This document shows positions 12,765-27,098 of a stretch of DNA of 64,000 nucleotides, in pieces. The translations under genes and the position numbers were made by a program. How positions within the stretch are numbered: the stretch's first letter is position 1; each line of letters begins with the position of its first letter. The notes beneath the pieces were generated by a model. The model worked only from the letters and a program-made list of their open reading frames with translations. It made no database searches and had not been told where the DNA came from. This DNA comes from Eledone cirrhosa (taxonomy: Eukaryota): assembly GCA_964016885.1 (NCBI GenBank), contig OZ024741.1, forward strand, positions 311,860,001 through 311,924,000, written 5' to 3'.

Positions 12765-15700
12765 TAATTTCAAAAACGTCATTATTCCCTGTGTCATAAT
12801 GCTCGATTATCATTGGTTCATAAGTTTCAAACGACTCCGCCCACCTCAACGACGCCAAACTGAAATTAATATGCATAATGCCAATGAGGGAGTGAGAGGG
12901 AAGAGTGTGAACGCTGTGTTCAATAACTATTAACATGTGTGAGTGTGTGCGTGTTTAAGTTTGCGTGCGTGTGCGCGTTTCCATGCGTGTATGTGTGTGG
13001 CGTTCCACAATCGACTTTATCAAAGAGTGAACTACAGCGGCGACGGCGTGCCGCCAGCAATGAGAAAAGCGGGCGGAACAGCGCCATCGGAACGCCGAAA
13101 TTCAGAGGCGAATAGGTGCCGCCATGAATGAAGTGGAATTAGCTGAACAACGCCAACAAAACACTGCAGCCAAGCAGCGACGGCGTGCTGCGATGGTTGA
13201 AGATGAACTGGCTGAGCATCATCAGCAGATGGCCAGAATTCAGTAGCAACGGCTGCTGTGATGGATGAAGAGGAGCTGGCTGAACAGCGCCAGCGCAATA
13301 CAGAAGTTCAGAGAATGTGTCGCCAAAGTGCTCCTCATTCCATAAAGAGGCTAGAAGGCGAACGAATGATATTAAAAATGGATCATGGCAACCGTGTCAT
13401 TTTCAGATTAGTGGACGAGCAGAGTGTCCACATTGTGGGGCATTGATTTGGAGGCACGAAAAGACGTGGACCACAACGTGCTGTCATAAAGGAGCAGTTC
13501 AACTAGAACCCTTGCGAATGCCGGATGATGGGGAGTTAACGGAGTTTAAAATACTAAGTATGTGTGGTGATCAGGGAGACCGAGGTAGATTACTGCGCAA
13601 ATATTCGCGGCAAATTAACAATTCATTAGCTTTAGCATCGCAGAAAGTTAGTGAGATATTTGAGAGTGGGGCATGGCAACCTAATGTAGTCATTAAAAGC
13701 CGTTTGTATCATTGTATCGGTAATTTAGAAGTTACTCCAGGAGAGAGGCCTCGATTCGCTCAAAGTTACGTTAACGATATTAGTGAATCGGAGGAGGATA
13801 TCAGGATCGGATGGATGAAGTTGCCGTGAAATATAACTGAACTTGAACAACAAAGGTTAGGTGATTTGATCCGTGATTTGCAATCATGGCTTAGACAGTG
13901 TAATCCTTATGTTATGGATTTCATGTTCGTGCCTGAACTGCAAAATGTTCAGGAGCAAACATTGCTGATTAAGGCTGACGCAGTGACAAGGAATCAACAC
14001 GAACGGCGATATAATGCCCCTGAAGGATTTGTTGAAGTTGCTGTGTTGATGGACGATAAGCCTGGATCGAGAGATATCGTCCTCAATCGCAGAGGTGGTG
14101 GTCTCAAGACTATCAATGAGTCAAACAGGGCATACGATCCATTGCATTATGTTCTTTTATTCCCAAAAGGTGAACATTGATGGAACATGTCTGTTCATTT
14201 AAATGATCATGAGAATCAGCATCAACAGGGAGGTGGCAATAGACACAATAATTCGATTCGCGACTTTTACGCGTTCCATTTGAACGAGAGGAATCAACAG
14301 AAAAATGCACTATTTCAAGCCAGCAGATTGTTCCAGGAATACTGTTGTATGGCATTCACAAAGATCGAAAATCAAACGCTAAGTTATATCACATCAGCAA
14401 TATAACAGAGCTGAATTGTATAATAATATACAGGATGCGATAACCGCCGATGATGCCAATTACAAGCAAATTGGTCGACGCATCATTTTGCCATCGTCGT
14501 TCATCGGCGGCCCGAGATATATGAACATTCGCTATCAGGATGCAATGGCTATTGTCGGAAAGTTTGGAAAGCCAGATTTGTTTATAACGGTTACATGCAA
14601 TCCTGAATGGACTGATATTAAGGATACACTTTTGCCAGGACAACAGCCAAAGGGCCGTCCTGATATTGTCGCAAGAGTATTCAAAGGATATCTGAAAAAG
14701 ATAATGGATGATGTGGAAAAAGAGGGAATCTTTGGAGGTATAGTTGCTTTTACATACGTAATTGAATTCCAAAAAAGAGGATTGCCACATGCACATTTGC
14801 TGATCATTTTACATAGAGATTGCAAATTGAGATGTGCTGAGAATGTCGACAGCATTGTGTGTGCTGAGCTGCCGGAGAATGAGGCACTACGCAATTTGGA
14901 GGCAAATTCAATGGTGCAAAACCAATACGGAGTGGCAAATCGGAAAGAGCTTTGCATGAAAAATAGCCAATGCGGTAAGCACTTTCCGAAATCTTTTGTC
15001 ACGAACACTTTCTGGAACGATGGGGATGCTCATCCCCCATACAGGAGACGGTTGCCTGCTGATGGCGGTTTTGTCGAAAATATAAACGGTCGACAGGTTA
15101 CAAATCAATGGGTTGTGCCATACAATACATATTTGATTATGAAATATCATTGTCATATTAATGTGAAATTTTGTAGCTCAGTGAAAGCTTGCAAATATCT
15201 ATTCAAATATGTTTACAAAGCTCATGATCGGGTAATGATCAATGTCAGGAATGAGGAAGCGAACCAAGGAGATGAAGTTGGCAGGTTCCAGGATGTTCAC
15301 TCGATTTCCATCTCAATGAACGCAAACCTAGCGTTCAGAAACTGACGGTGCGCTTAGAGAATAGGCAAATGGTCTGTTTTCAGGACAGGAGAAGAGGTGT
15401 CGAAAGAATTGCTAACGCACCACCTCCTAAGACGGAATTGACTGAGTGGTTCAAGCATAATAGGGAACATGCTTTGAACCCGGTTTCAAAGACAACTCTA
15501 CTGCGATTCCCTTCTCACTATATGTGGGATAAGAAGGGAAAGAAATGGAATGATAGAAAACGAAAGTTGAGATTCATGACTATTGGACGGGTTTGTAATG
15601 ATCATCCAGCATCTGGTGATGTGTTTTATCTCCGAATTCTGTTGCATTGTGATTTTTGGAGAGGTAAACAGAGCTTCGCTTATTTGAAAGCAATCAATGA

Positions 15701-18380
15701 CGTGGAATATGAAACATACCAGGCTGTGTGTCAACATCTTTGACTCATTCAGGATGACGCTGAATGGAATAACGCCATGGAGCTGCAGGAACAACACAGT
15801 TGCAAGCTCAAATAAGGCAGTTGTTTGTCACGATTCTAGGGTTCTGCAATCCTGCCGATCCAAGAGAGTTATTTGAACGCCATTGGGGAATTATGGCTGA
15901 TGATTTTAGGCATCATCTTCAGGTCGATGATGAAAATTTGATGAAGGCTATTGTTTTGCTCAATATTGAGCAACTGTTTGAAGCTCATTTGATTTAAATT
16001 TGCCAATTCCTGATGAAGAAATGCGGCAACGTGTCTTAGCGTTGAACATGAGATTGCAGCTTAGACGGTTGCCACTCGATCGAAGGGAACTATTCCAGTT
16101 TGATCCACTGGAATAGCGACGTATTGTGGATGAACGTATGCCAATGTTGACCCAATCTCAGAGAGAATTGGTCGATGGCGTTCTTCACTCGATTTTCACT
16201 AATGAGCAACTTTGTGCTTTCATAGATGCTCCATGAGGCACCGGAAAGACATTCTGTTTCAACACTATGTTATCGGCAGTCAGGCTCAGAGGAAGATTGC
16301 TCTCCCTGTAGCCATCAGTGGGATCGCTGCCATTTTCCTGCGTGGTGGAAGGACCTTCCACTCATGCTTCAACGCTCCATTGGCTCCGGATGTGTTGAGT
16401 GTCTGTAACATTACGGGACAAAGTGAACTCGCGGGCCTTATACGCAATAGGTCTCTGATTATTTGGAACGAGGCTCCGATGGCACACAGATATTTGCTGG
16501 AGTCATTGAACAGAACTTTGAGAGATATCTGCGGCAGTGACCTGGCATTCGGTGGTAAACTATCGTTCTTGGTGGCGATTTCCGACAGGTGCTACCCATT
16601 GTTAGGAATGCGCAAAGAGCGTAAACTGTCGATGCATGTCTGAAAAACTCCCCGTTGTGGCGCCATTTCAGAGTTTTGCGATTACACGATAATATGCGAC
16701 TTCGTATGTTCAGGCAAAACGAAGAGGCTGAGACATACGGCCGATGGTTGATGCAGTTGGGAAACCATGAATTGCCCCACGTTGTGATAATCAGACTATA
16801 AGAATCCCAGATCATTTGGTCATGCCACTGGATCGCCAAGCATTGATTGACTGGGTGTTCCCTAATTTGAATGCTCTTTGGCAGAATATCCCCTGGATAT
16901 CGGAACGCGTTATTCTAAATCATACGAATGCAACGGTCGATGGAATAAATTCACAAGTAGCCGGAATGCTTCTTGGAGAGGAATGGTTGACCGTCAGTGC
17001 GGATGCAATGGAGCCTAATCAGCAGAACAATATGGATGTTCCGACTGAGTATCTGAATTCACTTCAAATACTCGGATTGCTTAGAAATATCAATCATAAA
17101 ATGGGCCTTTGCAATGTACCAGATCGATTGTTGAGAGATTGATTAACGGAAGAGTTTTAGATGCTAAACTCCCAGGCAGAGAGGAATCGGTTCTCATTCC
17201 GAGGATGATGCTGAGACCAAGTGCTGCCATTCATTTGGCAAAGGAGACAGTTTCCCGTCAATTTAGCCTTTTCCATGACTCTCAACAAGGCACAGGGACA
17301 GACTTTCAAGCGAGTCGGTGTCTACTTGAGTAATCCAGCATTCAGCCATGGGTAACTGTATGTTGCTGCATCTCAAATGTGCGATCCTGATGGTATAACA
17401 TTTCCAATTGATACCACTAACAGAGGAACAACCCTGAATATTGTGTATAATGAAGCTTTGAGATGATGTATGCATATCTTTAATACTATCAATAAGCGAC
17501 GTAAATAATTCAGACATTGGTATACGTTGAGCAGTATTGCGAGCCTTGACAGTGTTATCATTTATGTTCAATGTCATTTAATTTCGATAATGAGCAATAA
17601 AAACCAACAAGTATTGGTAGAAATTGCCTTCAGATTTATCGCTTCTGATTGCAGTGGTAATAAAACCTCATCATATGCTGTGAGTCTGGCAAAACGTTTA
17701 GTGCCTATGGCCGGCCAGGCCTAGAGCAATATTGAAAAACGAATTTATTTTCGAAGTTTATGGATCCGCCATTTGGAGTTCAAACCAGGCCACCTACCCG
17801 AGTTGAACTCTGGGCAATATTGACTGTCTATTACTCAGTGCCTAAGACCTGGAAATTACTGAATAAACTTTTGTGTCATATAATTTGTTGTTTTATTATT
17901 ATAGCTGACCATTTATAGATAAGCATGTTATCCATATTCATATTAATTTGGCATTTTTATAAACCATTTCAAGTAAATAGGGACCTTATTTACATTGACG
18001 GACATCTTTTATATTAATTATCTATATCTATATCTACATATAATATAACATATTGGAACTTCCATCATCCTTTTGAGAAACGGGGAACAACCACGTCTAT
18101 GCAATGATACACGTTTTACAGTCAGGCAGAAGATGAACCATCTCCTAGAGGTCACTATTCTAGGTGGGAGTACCTAGAATTGATCATATACTATGCACAA
18201 ACGGTACAACGAAGAATCTGGTATATCTGGAAGATTTTTTTTACTGTTTTTTGTATCACACAAACACCACAGACTCGCCTCATACTGTTACCAGACAAAC
18301 ATCCAATACAGTCATTTTTTTCTTTTACCTGTCTTCTCTTATCATCTGTTTACCCGGGCAAAGCTGGGTACGTCAGCTAG
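12765..18380 (+). mobile_element. Helitron family 2, near full length (pseudogenised RepHel ~13.0-17466)
   Basis: Zn motif CPHCGALIW..CCHKG; Rep IEFQKRGLPHAH and KYLFKYVYK; helicase SGIAAIFLRGGRTFHS; 3' hairpin TACCCGGG-CAAAG-CTGGGTA then CTAG|T at 18377-18380. Confidence 0.92.
14416..15345 (+). pseudogene. Helitron Rep (HUH endonuclease) domain fragment
   Basis: ILPSSFIGGPRYM, PDLFITVTCNP, EFQKRGLPHAH, KYLFKY motifs; flanked by stops and frameshifts. Confidence 0.9.
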
Positions 18381-18656
18381 TATATATAAACGCGGACACA
18401 CGTTAGTTAAATAATCCCTCCAATCACCCTCCCTTTCTCCTGTCTCTACTTTTTTTTTCTCTCATCTTTTCTCTTTTCTTATTGTCTTTCTCTCCCCATC
18501 TGCATCACTCGCTTTCTCTTTCTCATCTCCTCTCTTTCTTTCTCTCTCTCATCCTCTACACGATAGCAAACAAAAAATAAATAAAAGATAAATAACATTG
18601 GGTGAGTTAAGAAATGTGTAAAAAAATAAATAAATAAAAGTTAATCAACGCTTGCT

Positions 18657-18748
<92 letters not shown>

Positions 18749-19338
18749 CCTCTCTCTACGGAATAGAGAACAAAAAATAAAGAAAAGATAAATAACGTTA
18801 AGGAAGCGGGAGAGTTAAAAAGTGTGTAAAAATAATAAATAAATAAATGTTAAGAACGCTGATTACTTTGCCTCTCTCTCTTTCATCGCCTTTCTCTCTC
18901 ATCCCCTTACTCTATTTCTTTCTCTCTCACATCTTACTCTCTCTTTATCTCGCCCATCTCCCACTCTCTCTCTCATCCCATACTCTCTTTCTTTCTCTCT
19001 CCCATCCACTCACTCCCTCTCTCTCATCCCCTTACTCTCTCTCCCATCTGCCGCTCTCTCTAATCCCTTACTCTCTCCCTTTCTCTCTCCTATACCTCAC
19101 CCTCTTATCCACAGACTTGAGAACATAAGCAAACAAAATGGATGATCTCTTTTGATATTCATTAGTAAATAAGATAAATTAATTTCAAATTAATTCCTTG
19201 CTTTGCAAAGTAAAACTTTTCCGACAGTTACCTGTCCGAGTGTATAGTGAATATGTACATGTAATTTTGAGGAGTTTGGGCCGGTAGTTTGCTAGTTTTA
19301 GGCGGACACACAGGATCGTAAACTTGCATTTATATATA
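18381..19338 (+). repeat. ~950-bp (CT)n-rich Helitron-associated segment S
   Basis: Reverse-complement copy at ~32913-33866; both copies lie between convergent Helitron 3' ends. Confidence 0.8.
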
Positions 19339-20455
19339 CTAACTGACGTACCCAGCTTCGCCCGGGTAAACGGACGATAAGAGAAGACTGGTAAAAGAGA
19401 AAATGACTGTATTGGAAGTTTGTCTGGTTACAGTATCAGGCGAGTCCGTGTGTGATACAAAATACAGTAAAAAAAATCTTCCAGATATACCAGATTTTTC
19501 GGTATACCGTCTGTGCATAGTATATGAACAATTCTAGGTGATCCCACCTAGAATAGTGACCTCTAGGAGATGGTTCATTTTCTGCTTGACTGTAAAACGT
19601 GTATCATTGCATAGATGTGATTGTCCCACGATTCTCAAAAGGATGATGGAAGTTCCAATCTTTTATATTATATGTAGATATGCATAATTAATATAAAAGA
19701 TGATGTTCAGCCAGTTCGTCTTCAACCATCGCAATATGCCGTCGCTGCTTGGCTCCAGTGTTTCGTTGGCGTTGTTCAGCCAGCTCCTCTTCATTCTTGG
19801 CGGCACCTCTTCGCCTCTGAAGTTCGGCGTTCCGATGGCGCTGTTCGGCCCGTTTTTCTTCATTCCTGGCTGCACGCCGTCGCCGTTGTAGTTCACTGTT
19901 AGATAAAGTCGAATTGCTTTTATTATCAGTATTCATTTCGAGCAATTGTCAAAGAATTACACAATAATAAATATAAAAGATGGCCGTCAATGTAAACAAA
20001 GGTCCCTATTTACTCCCTTCACAACTCTGTGTATGTTAGACTGACAGACAGGCACACAGAGAGATAAACTGCGTAGTGGTTGTGGAACGCCCCACGTACA
20101 CACACATACACGCATGGAAACGCGCACACGCAGGCAAACTTACACACGCACCCGTGCACTTACACAAACTTACACACTCACACATGTTGATAGTTTTTAC
20201 TTTCTGTGGAACGCTGCACGCACGCACACACACATAAACATACGCGCACGTACATACACACGCACACAGGGTAATAGTTACAGCGTTCACTTTGCCTCTC
20301 TGTTTCTTACTCTCCCCTTCTCACTCCCTCATTGGCATTATGTGTATTAATTTAAGTTTGGCGTCGTTGAGGTGGGCGGTGTCGTTTGAAACTTATGAAC
20401 CAGTGATAATCGAGAATTATGACACACGGAATACTGACGTTGTTCAAATTAATAT
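19339..20455 (-). mobile_element. Non-autonomous Helitron family 2 derivative, copy 1
   Basis: 5' part matches 12765-13220; 3' part matches 18020-18380 including the hairpin and a TTAG end. Confidence 0.85.
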
Positions 20456-20458
20456 ATA

Positions 20459-21310
20459 CTAGCTGACGTACCCAGCATTGCCCGTGTAAACAGATGAGAA
20501 GATAAGACACGTAAAAGAGAAAATGACTGTATTGGATGTTTGTCTGGTCACAGTATAAGGTGAGTCCGTGGTGTCTGTGTGATACAAAAAAAAAGTAAAC
20601 ATAATCTTCCAGATATACCAGATTCTTCGTTGAATGTTTGTGCAAAGTATATGAAAAATTGTAGGTGCTCGCACCTAGAATAGTGACCTCTAAAAGATGG
20701 TTCATCTTCTGCCTGACTGTAAAACGTGTATCATTGCATACACGTGGTTGTTCCATGTTTCTCAAAAGGATGATGGAAGTTCCAATCTTTTATATTATAT
20801 GTAGATATAGATATAGATAATTAATATAAAAGATGATGCTCAGCCAGTTCGTCTTCAACCATTGCAGCACGCCGTTGCTGCTAGGCTCCAGTGTTTCGTT
20901 GGCGTTGTTCAGCCAGCTCCTCTTCATTCGTGGCGGCACGTCTTGGCCTCTGATGTTCGGCGTTCCGATGGCGCTGTTCGGCCCGTTTTTCTTCAAACCT
21001 GCCTGCACGCCGTCGCCGCTATAGTTCACTGTTTGATAAAGTCGAATTGCTTTTACTTTCCGTGGAACGCTGCACGCACGCATACACACATAAACATACG
21101 CGCACGTACATACACACGCACAGATGGTGATAGTTTCAGCGTTCACCTTGACTCTCTGTTTCTTACTCTCCCCTCTCACTCCCTCATTGGCATTATGCAT
21201 ATTAATTTAAGTTTGGCGTCGTTGAGGTGGACGGATTCGTTTGAAACCTATGAACAAATGATAATTGAGAAGTATGATACGCGGAATACTGACATTGTTG
21301 AAATTAATAT
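20459..21310 (-). mobile_element. Non-autonomous Helitron family 2 derivative, copy 2 (tandem with copy 1)
   Basis: Same 5'/3' composition as copy 1; CTAG at 20459-20462 with preceding hairpin. Confidence 0.85.
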
Positions 21311-21542
21311 ATAGATAGATAGATATATTTCTTTATTTACCATAAAGGTATAAAAAGAAGGGGCAAATACAAAGGGGGAGTTTACATAAAACCGAGTAAA
21401 AAGGGTATAACATGAAAATAATCAAAAACAACCTCAAAAGGGAGGGGACGTGATGGGGTTTGCACACACCACCGAAACAGTGTGCAATCCTTTGCCCGGG
21501 GAGCACATGGATAAGGTGCTCCCCTCTCCTTCACTTCTTTAC

Positions 21543-24500
21543 CTACAGGATGGTATACAGAGAAGGCCCATTTACACGAGCCATTCTCGCCACTATCACC
21601 CACCTGTCATAAAACTGCCTGTGGCCAAGCACCCCTCTCTCCATTTTTATCCTTCTTCCGAAGTGATATCGGAAGAAGTAGACCAGACTATGGCCAGAGA
21701 GGAAGTTGCCTGACCTCAGACCTTTCAATCGTGTCCACCAAACAACCTCTTTCAACATGGCTATTACATACAGAAAAACCGCCTTTGCTTCCTTTGTGAA
21801 GAGGGGAGGCGGCTTGATTGTCATTACGGACTCGGGGGTCAATCGAATCGGCGCCACCCGCGACAGCAGTCGTTCGGCATAGCCCCACAGATCAGCCACG
21901 CCCGGACAGTGCACCAATGCGTGGGCAACGGTTTCTTCGTGACGCATGTAGGGCAAATCTTTTTCGATGGATCCCTGCCCGGGCGCCCGTGTCTGTAGAG
22001 CTTTTCTCGAACGGGTAGAGCCCCCCGGTAGCACTGCCAGGCCAGTGACTTCTGGAAGTTGTCCATTGGTCCCGGGCCGAAAGTCCTACCGAACAGGCTG
22101 GCCAGTTCGTCCTCTTCCATGTCCAGCGACTCTCCAAGGGTGTCATCGCCCATGCTAGCCACCAGCCCTCTATAGAATGACGAGGTGGATTCTCTACCGA
22201 TGGCCGGGTCCGCTTGCCAGAGAGCCCTGAGCGCCTGGGCACACTCAGTGTGCCAGTCGCCCAGTTTTCCGGATCTCTGCTTGACCCAGGACTGCAGCTC
22301 GGTGAGCGAGACAAGTCTCGGAAAGGCTCGTCTCACGAACGGAGCCCACACCGGTTGACCAGTGAGGAATACCTGTAGGTGCCGTAGCCTTAATGCGTGA
22401 CTAGGCATCATCAACCACGGCATCCCCAGCCCTCCTTTCGAAGGTTGTTGGCAGCAGATGGATCTTCTTACCATAGGAGGGCGCTTTTTCCAAAGAAATT
22501 GAAAGAGCATGCGTTCCATGGTGGTGAGTGTTTCCTTAGGGCAAGGCACGACAGTCAGGCGGTAGTAGGTGACGGACGCTATGTAAATGTTCGCCACCTC
22601 CGCCCGACCTTTCAGGGACAGTTTACACTTGGTCCATTTCTGGGTTAGTGCAAACACCTTGTTCGTAACCTCGCCCCAGTTCTTTTCCACCTGGAGGTCC
22701 GGTCCAAACCAGACCCTAAGCAACTTCACCGGGCCCTCCGTCCAGTGTCCGACGACACCGTCGGAAGGCATTGGTCTGCCTCTCCACGTTCCGAGTTGCA
22801 GCCCGATGGATTTTTCCCGGTTCAGTTTCGCTCCTGACAACCTTTCGTATTCCTCCAGTAAGGTACCGATCGCCTCGATCTCCGAGTCGGTCGATACCAT
22901 TACTGTTACGTCATCGGCGTAGGCCGACACCGCTTTGCTCAATCCTGGTTCTAGGGGGATACCCTGCAACAACTCCAACTTCCTCAGTAAAGGCTCGAGA
23001 GTCAATACGTACAGAAGGGAGGAGAGAGGGAACCCCTGTCGAATGGATCGTGTGATTTCGAACGGCTTCGAAAGGTAGCCGTTCACCTTGATCCTAGAAC
23101 AGATGGGGTTGCTATGTAAGGCAGTGATCCAGCCTCTGAACACAGGACCGAACCCAGCCGCCGCTAGCACCGCATCCAGGTAACCATGGTCGACCCTATC
23201 GAACGCCTTAGACTGATCCAAGTTGATCAGTTGATCAGGGCCCCACCGAAGCCGGGTTTGTTGCCAACCCTCTCTATGATGTATCGCATGAGGTGGAGGT
23301 TGTCGTGAATGGACATGGATGGGATAGCACATGTCTGCGCATCTCCCACCATGCCACCCACGACAAGCGCCAACCTCTTTGCTAACACCTTGGCCAAAAT
23401 GTTTAGCAGGGTTATGGGCCGAAAATTATTTATACTATCCCCCTTGTTCTCGTCCTTCCTCACCAGCGAGACTACGCCCTTGGCTACAGAACAAGGAATT
23501 CTCCCGTTCTGCTGCCAATTGCAGTAGACTGCTTCGAGGAGTTCGGAGAAGAAGACCGGCATTGCTAAATAAAGTTCGTAAGGTATACCATCGAGACCTG
23601 GAGATTTTCGTCTGCTGCATTGGCTCAGCGCATCCCCGATCTCATCAGCCGAGATTGGGAGCTCGCAGGACTCTGCCTCTTCTTTCGAGAGACGCGGCAG
23701 GCCGTCGAGGTATGGACCGAAATCCACGTCCCCGCCCGGACCCTCGCCTCCCCCGAACACTCGGGCAAAGTGCCTTTGAAAGGCCTCGCACATCTGCTTA
23801 GGCTCCCGGATCACCCGTCCATCCTCGTCTTGCAAAGACCGGATGGTGGATCGATTTCCACTCTTAGCTTCTGTCACGCGGGCCCAGCCAACAATTTTGG
23901 CCCCCTCATTACCTAGAGCACGTATTTTACTTCGAATGACGCAGCCTTCGTGCTTTGCATCGAACAACTGGCTCAAGGCCGTCCTCGATGCCAGCACTCT
24001 GGCCACATCTTCGCTCTTGATTGCCTCTTCTAATTTACCTGTTAATTCTTTCTCGTTCCTATTCCTATCGGCAGCTAACATCTTGCTATGACTTATTGAT
24101 TCTGTTCTAATCTCTCTTTTGAGAGATGCCCACCATCGGTTGTTGACGATTGCACCCGTCAAACTCTCCTTAACTAATCTGCTAATCCGGTCTCTGAAAG
24201 CCTCTTTTGCCGGTAAAGACAAATTAAGTTTCCAGTAACCGGGACCCTGTCTATGTGTTCTCTCGAGGTTGACTACGCAGGTCACTAATTTGTGATCTGT
24301 ATAACCAACCGGGAGCATTTCTGGACAGCTTAATATGTCCCTATCCTTAATTCTAAGTAAGAATCTATCTAAGTACGATCTAGATTGACCACTATGGTTC
24401 GTCCAAGTCCAGGTTGGCACAGTTGGAAAATCTAGTCGATATCTATCGACCAAGTTAAAACGGTCGAGTAACCCCTTGAGGCTATACACCAGCGTTCCCA

Positions 24501-24888
24501 GAAAAGTCTCCAGACAGTGGAAGAAGTCGGGTCGTTCAGCTCCGAAAGTGGAGTAGACGGCGACCAGTCTCAAGGCCGCACCTCCACTACTGCGAACGTC
24601 TAGCACCAACAAACGACCTTCCGGGTCCGAGTGAACAACCTGTACGGCGAGACCCAGGTGTTTTTCTAGCAGTACGACAACCCCACCCCCACCTCCAGGT
24701 TGACAGAGAGATGCGTGCACCTCAAAATCATCGAAGGTAGGGGCCAGCTGCCGCACGACGCTGATCCGAGTCTCACAGATAACCATTACATTTATACCAC
24801 GTGACCTGAGGTCATTTAGAAGCTTTGCTTGCTTCCAAGTTGATCCCAGGCCACGTGCATTCAAACATCCTACTCTTAACACATCCAT
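21543..24888 (-). pseudogene. Tx1-like ORF2: APE endonuclease + reverse transcriptase + zf-RVT, two frameshifts
   Basis: LNARGL, ICET, SYLDRF, TDHK, GPGYWKLN, SPGLDG, NFRPITLLN, LDQSKAFDRVDH, IRQG, SAYADDV, EETVAHALVHC; 8-bp duplication AGTTGATC at ~23221 causes one shift. Confidence 0.93.
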
Positions 24889-24889
24889 T

Positions 24890-26940
24890 TTGGCGGCAAA
24901 GCCAAAGGAGAGTGTAGAGACCTACCTTTCTGCTTCCCGGGGTTCGGGTCGCACGACTTCCATGGGGTCGGGGGTGTTGGGTGAAGGCGTGTCTTGTGGT
25001 GGTGTGGGCTCGTCAGTGTGTGGTGGGGTTGGGGTGTTTGGAGTTGTGTTGGGGAGGGGAAGGGGAGGGGGAAAGCTTTTTAGGAGGACGCGGTTTATGG
25101 GTTTGGCAGAGGGTGGTCCTACGTCCTCCTTAAAATCCTTTTTTTTAGTTTTTGGTAGAGGTTCATTGGGATCTTTATTAATTTTAAATGTGGGTAGTTT
25201 TCTGAAGAAACAAAGTTTACCCCTTCGGTTTGTACCGAAGGGTTATTGTTTATGAGTTTATTTAATTTATTATTGTTTCTGTTGATGTAAGTATAGTGTA
25301 ATGTCTTTTTTTCGGATGGTGTGAGTGTTTCGAAGAGCGGAGGGCAGGTTTTGTTTTGTTTGTTGCTGGAGGGGTGTTTTGTGTTTTGTTGGATTGTGTT
25401 GACATTTGGGTAGGGGTTGTTTGGCCTTGTGTGTTTTGCACATGTTTTCTTTTTTTCCTTTTAATCTGTCTGAAGGACTCCGTTTCTTCCTCCGAATTAG
25501 TTGGGTTATCTTCAGTGTTGGAGGGAAGAGGTATGTTTGCTGATAATGTTTCCGTGTTAGTTTTCTTTGTGGGGGAGATGGATGTCACTATGTTAGACTG
25601 TGCTGTGTGTTGTGGCTGCGGTGGTTGTGTTGTTTTATTGAGTGAGGGGTTGGGTGGGACTGTGTTTTGTTTTTGGGTAATGTGTTGTGTCTGTTTGTCA
25701 TGCGGTGGTGGTGTAGTTTTACTGAGGGACGGGCTGGGTGGGACTGAGTTTTGTTGTTAGTTTATCTGTTGTGGTGGTGGTGGAGCTAGTGTTGGTAGCA
25801 GGGTTTTCTTCTTGTTGAGTTGGGCACACGCTGCCTTCAGGTGCCCTCTGCCTGCACAGATATGACAGGACGGCCTTCTCCCCTCCACGCTAATGTTTAT
25901 ATACCCGTGGCCCTCTAATAGGATTCTGTCGGGTATTTGGGCAATGCGTTCAGGCTTCATTTGCACTACTTGTTCCACTGAACGCATTGCCTGTGGTTTT
26001 CCCAATGGAAATCACGTTGTCATTCGCTGGATCGATGAAGCCAGCTATGAGCCAGCAGTAGTCCATATCTGGCATCATCGCATCCAGCCATATGCGCTGA
26101 GTTCTTTTACCCATATAAGATGGATAAAAGGTAAAATGTGTCGAACGAAACGGCTCAAAGCATATTTTTTGCCGCCGATTCGTTCTTCATAATAATGGCC
26201 AGGCTTCCATAGAGCCTGTCTCTTCTTATGAAAGTGGCTTCATTAAGTACTTCTCTAAGTACCGCTTTAATTTCTGCTTGTGTTGGTTGTTGTGGCTTTT
26301 TTGAGAAAGTTGTTGATGGTGCGGAAAACGACCGTCCGACTTTCAATATCTTTGGTGAGTTCTTGGGGCATTTTTACTGACAAGGCTCCATTTTCCCCTT
26401 GAGTTATGAATTGTTTGGCGTTTTTTATTCTTTGTGCCACATCTGAAATATTTTCAGGTATGTATGTTAAAGATATTTTTGTTGTTTGTGCAAATGAGAT
26501 GTTATTGGTGTTGACTTTGTCGTCTGTTTTGCTTTCTGTTATGATGTTGTTGTTTTCAAATGTTATTTTTGTGTTTGTTATTTCTTTGTTTGTGGTATTA
26601 ATATTGTCATGCAATTCTTTCATATTTTTTTGTCGTTGGAATCAATCTCCAGATTTGTGTTTTCGTCGACATTTTTCTCCGCACATTCGTCTGTTTTTAT
26701 TTTATTTTTTCTTTCCTTCTCTATGACGTTAGTTGGGAAGGAAGAGGGGACCAAAGCGTGCGAGGTTACAACTCTTACCGCTGTCCCCCCACCACTATTT
26801 TCGTTAGCTTCGTTTAACATTTCTCCCAGACGATTGAAATTTTATGCAACAAAATTTTTAAAAACAGGTTTTTCACCCTGGGAGGGGCGAAAATAAGCTG
26901 ACCCACCGCCTGACAGTTCAGACGGGAGGTCAAGCTGCAT
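24890..26940 (-). pseudogene. Tx1-like ORF1 (gag-like zinc knuckle), fragmented
   Basis: CHICAGRGHLKAAC (CX2CX4HX4C) in ORF 25757-26005; low-complexity linkers; probable start MQLDLPSE at 26940. Confidence 0.7.
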
Positions 26941-27056
26941 AATAGTATCAAAATTAAAATTAAACTTACAAAATTTCCGCAATAAATTGGAACAAAACTT
27001 CTGCGCGAAGTGAATTACGTGTACGCTATCGAACAGGCGACAGCTAGATTCAATAT

Positions 27057-27097
<41 letters not shown>

Positions 27098-27098
<1 letters not shown>

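Larger units (their letters stand above)
21326..27054 (-). mobile_element. Full-length Tx1/L1-clade non-LTR retrotransposon (LINE) inserted in (AGAT)n
   Basis: ORF1 remnants with a CCHC knuckle, ORF2 EN-RT-zf; AATAAA just before the 3' junction; (ATAG)n on both sides (21311-21325, 27057-27097). Confidence 0.9.
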
